Below, one piece after another: positions 63,097 through 64,000 of a stretch of 64,000 bases of DNA. Numbering within the stretch: the first letter of the stretch is position 1; each line of letters opens with the position of its first letter. The translations under genes and the position numbers were made by a program. The notes beneath the pieces were generated by a model. It saw only the letters and a list, made by a program, of their open reading frames with translations, did no database searches and was not told the DNA's origin. The stretch comes from Candidatus Yanofskybacteria bacterium RIFCSPLOWO2_02_FULL_44_18 (GTDB taxonomy: Bacteria; Patescibacteriota; Minisyncoccia; 2-02-FULL-40-12; GWA2-44-9). The DNA lies in NCBI GenBank assembly GCA_001794755.1, contig MGKT01000006.1:40700-104699 (forward strand). The letters are read 5' to 3'.

Positions 63097-64000
63097 TGTT
63101 TTTGAGCAAAATTGTCTACTGTTTTTTCTATAAACTTTATCATATCCGGTGTCGTTCGAGGCGACAAACCGATGAATAAACCATTTCTAAGAACTTTGCT
63201 TGAATTCGGACAAGTGCCTAATGATTTGGCTTTGTTGCCGATTGGGTGAGATAATATATTTCCTGCGAATATCGGTCTCGTTTCAATGTTGTTTTTTGCA
63301 AAATAATTAACAAGATCTGATTTTGGAACGCCATGGATGAAAATGGGAAAAGAAAACCAGCATGGCTCGGATTTTTCTTCAGCCCGAACCGGTTTAAATA
63401 AATTCGGATATTTTGAGAAAATCCTATGGAGTTCTTTAAAATTGTTCGTTCTTATTTTTTTAAATATTTCTAATTTTTTAAGCTGAACCAATCCGACTGC
63501 GGCTTGTAGCTCTAGTGGTTTTAAATTAAAGCCCAAAACCGGATAACTGTATCTTCTGGGATAGTCGGAAGGCAAGCCGGCAAGTTGCGTCGGCGCGTCA
63601 TCTCCATCTTCCCTGCCCCAATCTCTGTATTGTCTTGCCCTGTTTGCAATTACTCCATCGCTAGTAAATACCGCTCCGCCTTCGCCAGTAGTAATGATGT
63701 GGGCGGCATGGAAAGATGTAACTGCGATATCGGCAAGCGATTCTACTGGTTTGTTGTCGTATACTCCTCCGAAGCCATCGCAATTGTCTAAAATTAATTT
63801 TGATTCATATTTTTTTGTAAGTTTTCTAATAGCGACAAGATTGGGTATGTTTCCGGCAATATTTACAGCAATAACCGCTTTAATATTCGGGTGTTTTCTA
63901 AAAGCTTTTTCCAGTTCTTTTTCATCAATATTAAATGTTTCAACTTTTGAATCAACAACAAGCGGTTTGTATCCCGCGTAAATGACTGAACTAAAAGCGG
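63093..64000 (-). CDS. DegT-fold sugar 3-dehydratase (ColD-like; His replaces PLP-Lys), N-terminus beyond the window end
   Basis: Manual translation continues in frame from 64000 to the TTG/ORF start: …DNCDGFGGVYDNKPVESLADIAVTSFHAAHIITTGEGGAVFTSDGVIANRARQYRDWGRED…PSDYPRRYSYPVLGFNLKPLELQAAVGLVQLKKL… The motif SFHAAH (not SF.P.K) resembles GDP-4-keto-6-deoxymannose 3-dehydratase. The + strand ORF 63694..63981 is a shadow. Confidence 0.55.
   Translation of the reverse strand, partial: AFSSVIYAGYKPLVVDSKVETFNIDEKELEKAFRKHPNIKAVIAVNIAGNIPNLVAIRKLTKKYESKLILDNCDGFGGVYDNKPVESLADIAVTSFHAAHIITTGEGGAVFTSDGVIANRARQYRDWGREDGDDAPTQLAGLPSDYPRRYSYPVLGFNLKPLELQAAVGLVQLKKLEIFKKIRTNNFKELHRIFSKYPNLFKPVRAEEKSEPCWFSFPIFIHGVPKSDLVNYFAKNNIETRPIFAGNILSHPIGNKAKSLGTCPNSSKVLRNGLFIGLSPRTTPDMIKFIEKTVDNFAQKQ

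Noticed and set aside
63694-63981. 95-aa + strand ORF at the window end
   Set aside because: The minus strand here translates continuously into a DegT-fold protein (…SFHAAHIITTGEGGAVF…), so the + ORF is its shadow.

Overview
This ~42% GC window looks like a small, gene-dense bacterial genome and is CPR/Patescibacteria-like: there are few Shine-Dalgarno sequences, many leaderless or 4-nt-overlapping genes, FemAB plus a Mur ligase, a VirD4-like ATPase and many glycosyltransferases. I found no rRNA and no CRISPR array, and one tRNA (tRNA-Lys(UUU), minus strand, 19800..19872).

The core genes are, in order:
- a minus-strand operon lon–(beta-CASP MBL RNase)–(two small membrane/cupredoxin-like ORFs)–Mur ligase–FemAB–ruvA, then uvrB (plus strand, divergent from ruvA) and rpsT
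- ftsW–mraY–(D-Ala-D-Ala carboxypeptidase)–aspS
- secDF, two nucleases (a TM0106-type RecB-like nuclease and a Cas4-like Fe-S PD-(D/E)xK nuclease), secA and hpf

The accessory content is as follows.
- **tRNA-Lys island (15763..19872).** The 3' end of tRNA-Lys is present three times as direct repeats together with shared 30-nt flanking arms. These repeats bracket a single 1255-aa PEP-utilizing-enzyme-like protein that has an ATP-grasp domain plus two phosphohistidine swivel domains and no TIM-barrel PEP-binding domain. No integrase is present.
- **Adjacent accessory genes.** Next to the island are a SAMHD1/Dgt-type HD dNTPase, a VirD4/TraD-like ATPase with a membrane partner, and several proteins of unknown function.
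- **Two high-GC islets in core intergenic regions.** Both are about 56–62% GC in a 42% GC background, and each carries a strong SD and its own GC-rich terminator. One (10.4–10.8 kb) encodes a 120-aa HTH-like protein. The other (28.4–29.3 kb) encodes a zinc-ribbon mini-protein plus a NYN nuclease.
- **Glycan-biosynthesis locus (36.7 kb to the window end, about 27 kb).** It contains a polyprenyl-phosphate hexose-1-P priming transferase, a Wzx flippase, an ABC exporter, several GT2/GT4/GT-C transferases, an ArnC-like/YdjC/ArnT-like cassette, five methyltransferases, a DegT aminotransferase, an RmlC-like cupin, RmlD-like and GalE-like SDRs, and two DegT-fold 3-dehydrases that have His in place of the catalytic Lys (RfbH/E1-like and ColD-like). 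This implies 3,6-dideoxyhexose chemistry. The locus also includes a frameshifted GT4 and a GT2 with no canonical start codon.
- **Intergenic RNA element.** A 124-nt rod-like structured RNA candidate and a 9-mer microsatellite lie in the hpf upstream region.
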